53,859 nt of DNA from assembly GCA_031389685.1 (NCBI GenBank), contig JANMSV010000085.1:1-53859 (forward strand), written 5' to 3'. The position numbers and the translations under genes were made by a program. This document shows, one piece after another, positions 50,008 to 53,859 of the stretch. The notes below the pieces were generated by a model. It searched no databases and was not told the DNA's origin. It was given only the letters and a program-made list of their open reading frames with translations. Source of the DNA: Betaproteobacteria bacterium. Its GTDB lineage: Bacteria > Pseudomonadota > Gammaproteobacteria > Burkholderiales > SG8-39. The number at the start of each line of letters is the position of its first letter. Within the stretch, counting starts at the first letter, position 1.

Positions 50008-50910
50008 GTGGAAACCGCGCAGCGCGCCGTATTGTTCACAGACGTTGCGGACAGCACGAGAATCTACGAGTCGCTTGGCGACACGCGGGCGCTGGCCCTC
50101 ATCCACACCCTGTTCGGACTCCTGGATAAAGCCGCGGCGCATCACGGCGGCGAGGTGGTGAAGAAGCTGGGCGACGGCATGGTGTGCTTGTTTCCGGACC
50201 CCGACTCCGCCTTCCATGCGGCCTGCGACATGCAGATGGCGGCGGCGGCGCACCCGCCGCGCGCGCCGGACCGCCTGGCGATCAAGATCGGCTTTACCTT
50301 CGGCCCGATGGTGCTCTCGGGCGGCGACGTTTTTGGCGACACCGTCAACGTGTGCGCGCGGCTGGTGGCACTGGCCAACGCCGAACAGGTGATCACCACC
50401 CAGCAGACCGTGGACGCGCTGGGGGTGAGCCTGCGCGGCCGCTGCCGGCAGTTGTTCCCGATCCGGGTGCGGGGCCGCCAGGAGGAAATCATCGCCTGCA
50501 ACGTGCTGTGGCGCTCCGACCCGGATGCCACCGAGGCCAACTTGCTGCGCGCCACGTTGACGCGCGCGCGCGAGTCCGTGCTGAAGATCAGTTACCAGGG
50601 AGAGCTGCACGTGGTGCGTTCGGGCGGCGCCGGCATGCGCATCGGCCGCGACCAGGAGAACGACCTGGTGGTTGAAAGCCACTTTGCTTCCCGCGTGCAT
50701 GCGCGGTTGTACGCGCGCGAGGAGCATTTCGTGCTGCAGGACCTGTCCTCCAACGGCACCTACCTGCTCTCGGACGGCAACAGTGCGGAGATTCTCCTGC
50801 GGCGCGAAGAGGCGGTCCTGGGCGATCGCGGCTGGATCGGACTGGGCAACAGCGCCGCGCGCCACGGCGACCACGCGCTGCGCTACCGGGTGGAGCCTGA
50901 GGGCGATTGA
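50008..50910 (+). CDS. Class III adenylate/guanylate cyclase fused to a C-terminal FHA domain
   Basis: The cyclase part has [21 protein letters not shown] and [11 protein letters not shown]. The FHA part has [11 protein letters not shown]....SRVHARL and [10 protein letters not shown]. The start is GTG. Confidence 0.8.
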   Translation: METAQRAVLFTDVADSTRIYESLGDTRALALIHTLFGLLDKAAAHHGGEVVKKLGDGMVCLFPDPDSAFHAACDMQMAAAAHPPRAPDRLAIKIGFTFGPMVLSGGDVFGDTVNVCARLVALANAEQVITTQQTVDALGVSLRGRCRQLFPIRVRGRQEEIIACNVLWRSDPDATEANLLRATLTRARESVLKISYQGELHVVRSGGAGMRIGRDQENDLVVESHFASRVHARLYAREEHFVLQDLSSNGTYLLSDGNSAEILLRREEAVLGDRGWIGLGNSAARHGDHALRYRVEPEGD

Positions 50911-50965
50911 GCGAGGGGGGCGGGGTCCCTCCTGTAAAATCGCCCGCTTCCCGCCCAGCCTCGCC

Positions 50966-52207
50966 ATGTCCGCCTCCGACCTCCTCGCCCGCACCGATCC
51001 CGAGCTATGGGACGCCATCAGCCTGGAGAACCGCCGCCAGGAAGACCACGTCGAGCTGATCGCCTCGGAGAACTATGCCAGCCCGGCGGTGCTGGCGGCG
51101 CAGGGCTCGCAGCTCACCAACAAGTACGCCGAGGGCTACCCCGGCAAGCGCTACTACGGCGGCTGCGAATACGTGGACATCGCCGAGACGCTGGCCATCG
51201 AGCGCGCGAAGAAGCTGTTCGGCGCCGACTGGGCCAACGTGCAGCCGCATTCGGGCTCGCAGGCCAACCAGTCGGTGTACGTCACGCTGCTCAAGCCCGG
51301 CGACACGGTGCTCGGCATGTCGCTCGCGCACGGCGGGCACCTCACCCACGGCTCGCCCGTCAACCTCTCGGGCAAGCTCTACAACTTCGTCTCCTATGGC
51401 CTGAACGCGAGCGAGGAGATCGATTACGACGCGGCCGAGCGGATCGCGCTCGAGCACCGGCCGAAGCTGATCGTCACCGGCGCCTCTGCTTACTCGCTGG
51501 CCATCGACTGGCAGCGCTTCCGCGCCATCGCCGACCAGTGCGGCGCGCTGCTGATGGCCGACATCGCGCACTACGCCGGCATGGTCGCGGTCGGGCTGTA
51601 TCCCTCGCCCGTCGGCATCGCCGACTACGTCACCAGCACTACGCACAAGACGCTGCGCGGGCCGCGCGGCGGGCTGGTGCTCGGCATGGGCGACCTGGGC
51701 AAGGGCATCAACTCCGCGATCTTTCCCGGGCTGCAGGGCGGGCCGCTGATGCACGTGATCGCCGCCAAGGCGGTGGCCTTCGGCGAGGCGCTGCGGCCCG
51801 AATTCAAGCTCTACCAGCAGCAGGTGCTGGACAACGCCAAGGTCATGGCGCGCGTGCTCATGGCGCGCGGCGTGCGCATCGTGTCGGGGCGCACCGAGTC
51901 GCACATGATGCTGCTCGACCTGCGCGGCAAGCGGATCACCGGCAAGGACGCGGAGGCCGCGCTCGGCCGCGCCCACATCACGGTGAACAAGAACGCCATC
52001 CCGAACGACCCGGAGAAGCCGATGGTCACCTCGGGGGTGCGCATCGGCACGCCGGCGATGACCACGCGCGGCTTCAGGCTGGGGGAGGCGGAGATTTTCG
52101 CCAACCTGATCGCCGACGTGCTCGAGCGTCCCGCCGACGAGGCCAACCTGCGGCGCGTGGCGGGCGAGGTGAAGGCGCTGTGCGCGAGATTCCCGGTCTA
52201 CGGGTAG
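50966..52207 (+). CDS. glyA: Serine hydroxymethyltransferase
   Basis: [22 protein letters not shown] and [14 protein letters not shown] are present. Confidence 0.97.
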   Translation: MSASDLLARTDPELWDAISLENRRQEDHVELIASENYASPAVLAAQGSQLTNKYAEGYPGKRYYGGCEYVDIAETLAIERAKKLFGADWANVQPHSGSQANQSVYVTLLKPGDTVLGMSLAHGGHLTHGSPVNLSGKLYNFVSYGLNASEEIDYDAAERIALEHRPKLIVTGASAYSLAIDWQRFRAIADQCGALLMADIAHYAGMVAVGLYPSPVGIADYVTSTTHKTLRGPRGGLVLGMGDLGKGINSAIFPGLQGGPLMHVIAAKAVAFGEALRPEFKLYQQQVLDNAKVMARVLMARGVRIVSGRTESHMMLLDLRGKRITGKDAEAALGRAHITVNKNAIPNDPEKPMVTSGVRIGTPAMTTRGFRLGEAEIFANLIADVLERPADEANLRRVAGEVKALCARFPVYG

Positions 52208-52218
52208 AGTAGGGCGCC

Positions 52219-52686
52219 ATGCGCTGCCCGTTCTGCGGCAACGAGGATACCCAGGTGCTCGACACGCGCTCGAGCGCCGAAGCGAGCTCGATCCGCCGCC
52301 GGCGCAAGTGCCCCGCCTGCGACAAGCGCTTCACCACTTACGAGCGCGTCGACCTGAAGATGCCGCGCCTGGTGAAAAAAGACGGCAGCCGCACCGAATT
52401 CGACCGCGACAAGCTGGTCGGCAGCATGATGCTCGCGCTCAGGAAGCGCCCGGTGGCCACCGACGCGCTGGAAGGCGCGGTGGCGAGGATCGAGGAAAAG
52501 CTTAGGTCCCTGGGCGAGCGCGAGGTGCGCACCAGCCGCGTCGGCGACCTGGTGATGCGCGAGCTTTCCAAGCTCGACAAGATCGCCTACATCCGCTTCG
52601 CCTCGGTGTACCGCAGCTTCGAGTCGCCCGACGAGTTCCGCGAGGCGGTGCAGGAAGTGAAGCGCCCGCGCGGCAGGCGGCGCTAG
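52219..52686 (+). CDS. nrdR: Transcriptional repressor NrdR
   Basis: The zinc ribbon is MRCPFCG...CPAC and an ATP-cone follows. Confidence 0.95.
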   Translation: MRCPFCGNEDTQVLDTRSSAEASSIRRRRKCPACDKRFTTYERVDLKMPRLVKKDGSRTEFDRDKLVGSMMLALRKRPVATDALEGAVARIEEKLRSLGEREVRTSRVGDLVMRELSKLDKIAYIRFASVYRSFESPDEFREAVQEVKRPRGRRR

Positions 52687-52695
52687 AATCCCGCC

Positions 52696-52938
52696 ATGGC
52701 GATGAGGATCGTGGGATCGCGGGTGCAGCGGCCGCTGTCGTCGCAGCCATCGGCCGAGGCGCTGGAGGCCGGCGCCCGGTTCACCGCCGAGATGGCGGCC
52801 CTGGGCCGCGCCTCCACGTTCATCCCGAAGGGCGTGTACCGTTTCCGGACGCAAGCCGAGGCCGAAGAGCAGCGCATCGCGTCGCTGGCGCGGGGCATTG
52901 CCGCGCGGGCGGCGGCAGGCCGTGGCGCCGGACGCTGA
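52696..52938 (+). CDS. Hypothetical small protein (80 aa), partner of the downstream nucleotidyltransferase
   Basis: The frame is G/C3-rich and contains the motif IPKGVYRFRTQAEAEEQ. It overlaps the next ORF. Confidence 0.45.
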   Translation: MAMRIVGSRVQRPLSSQPSAEALEAGARFTAEMAALGRASTFIPKGVYRFRTQAEAEEQRIASLARGIAARAAAGRGAGR

Positions 52939-53413
52939 CGGGCGGCGCTACAGCCGCCCGGCCACGCGCGACGACGTTAAGCGGCTGATTCGCGCGTTGA
53001 ACGACGCCGGTGCCGATTACCTGCTGATCGGCGGCTACGCCCTGCTCGCACTCGGCTATGTGCGCACGACGACGGACATCGACGTGCTCTTGCCCCCGGA
53101 TCGGGCGACCGGGGAGCGCGTGCGCCGCGCGCTCCTGGTCCTGCCGGACCGGAGCGCCGAGGCACTGGAGCCCGAGTGGTTCGAGACCGGGGACACCATC
53201 CGCGTTGCCGACGAGATCGTGGTCGACCTGATGTTCAATGCCGGCGGGGAGACCTACGAGTCCCTCAAGCCCCACGCGGTGACGATGGACCTGGACGGCG
53301 TGCCGGTGCGCACGCTGGATGTCGCGGGCCTGCTGAAGACCAAAGCGCGCAGCGACCGTCCGAAGGACATCGCCGACCGGCAACTGCTGGAGCGCGCGCT
53401 GCGCGGCGCATGA
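52898..53413 (+). CDS. Pol-beta-fold nucleotidyltransferase-like protein
   Basis: LLIGGYALLALGYVRTTTDIDVLL fits the GG...DxD NTase signature. The start is uncertain (TTG 52898 or GTG 52922). The stop overlaps the ribD ATG (ATGA). Confidence 0.6.
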   Translation: MPRGRRQAVAPDADGRRYSRPATRDDVKRLIRALNDAGADYLLIGGYALLALGYVRTTTDIDVLLPPDRATGERVRRALLVLPDRSAEALEPEWFETGDTIRVADEIVVDLMFNAGGETYESLKPHAVTMDLDGVPVRTLDVAGLLKTKARSDRPKDIADRQLLERALRGA

Positions 53414-53859
53414 CTCAGTTCTCGGCGTTCGACCACGCGATGATGCAGCGTGCACTGGCGCTCGCGGAGAAGGGCCTTTTCACCGCGACGCCCAACCCGC
53501 GCGTGGGCTGCGTACTCACGCAAGGTGAGCGCATAGTCGGTGAGGGCTGGCACGAGAAGACCGGCGCGCCGCATGCGGAAGCGCATGCGCTCGTGCAGGC
53601 GAGCGCAGCGGCGCGGGGCGCCACCGCTTACGTTTCGCTCGAGCCCTGCAACCACCACGGCAAGACGCCGCCCTGTGCGGACGCGCTGATCAAGGCCGGG
53701 GTGGTACGCGTGGTCGCCGCGATGCGCGATCCCAATCCTCAAGCGGCGAAGGGCGGCGACAAGCTCGCCGCCGCCGGTATCCGGTTCGAATCCGGGCTGA
53801 TGGAGGAGGAAGCGCACGAACTCAATATCGGGTTCGTCTCGCGCATGACGCGCGGCCGG
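53410..53859 (+). CDS. ribD: Riboflavin biosynthesis protein RibD (deaminase domain), 3' end off-window
   Basis: My own translation gives MTQFSAFDHAMMQRALALAEKG...PNPRVGCV...HAEAHAL...SLEPCNHHGKTPPC (CMP/dCMP-type zinc motif). It is absent from the ORF track because no stop lies in the window. Confidence 0.88.
   Translation, partial: MTQFSAFDHAMMQRALALAEKGLFTATPNPRVGCVLTQGERIVGEGWHEKTGAPHAEAHALVQASAAARGATAYVSLEPCNHHGKTPPCADALIKAGVVRVVAAMRDPNPQAAKGGDKLAAAGIRFESGLMEEEAHELNIGFVSRMTRGR

Noticed and set aside
53783-53793. GGTTCGAATCC, identical to the tRNA T-arm consensus.
   Set aside because: It lies inside the ribD reading frame (..GIRFESG..). No acceptor, D or anticodon arms can be folded around it.

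Overview
GC-rich bacterial chromosomal window (third codon positions almost always G/C). Gene order purM / AI-2E permease-hda-HAD-pcnB-folK-dNK and glyA-nrdR-ribD resembles Betaproteobacteria; this is inferred from synteny, and no search was run. I support about 58 protein-coding genes, mostly housekeeping: dnaE, metG, purM, pcnB, folK, hda, apbC, dcd, folA, thyA, glyA, nrdR, ribD, mog, pmbA. I found no rRNA, tRNA, CRISPR array, transposase or integrase. All gene calls rest on the ORF track plus motifs I recognise by eye; starts were re-derived from the nucleotide sequence, with many 4-nt GTGA/ATGA stop-start overlaps. Accessory or unusual content: (1) an RpfF-type DSF (cis-2-enoic acid signal) synthase beside an HK-REC-HPt hybrid kinase, with an alpha/beta hydrolase, a membrane fatty-acid hydroxylase/desaturase and a heme-oxygenase-like di-iron enzyme; (2) a class III cyclase-PEGA / lipoprotein / tail-anchored Ser/Thr kinase module, plus a second pseudo-receiver Ser/Thr kinase coupled to thyA and two more class III cyclases, one fused to FHA; (3) a 21-codon leader ORF with a near-consensus promoter and strong SD in front of an ornithine-decarboxylase-family gene; (4) a GlrK/QseG/GlrR-like operon followed by TGTC-N10-GACA boxes and a sigma54 promoter driving a small membrane protein; (5) a form-II coxSLM-coxD-mcd-coxE-coxG cluster whose coxL carries an in-frame TAA; (6) a deletion remnant of a group-4 [NiFe] hydrogenase locus (hyfB 5' part fused out of frame to a hycG/hyfI-like small subunit); (7) a small-protein + nucleotidyltransferase cassette between nrdR and ribD. 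Nothing here was checked against databases, so family assignments are from memory of conserved motifs.
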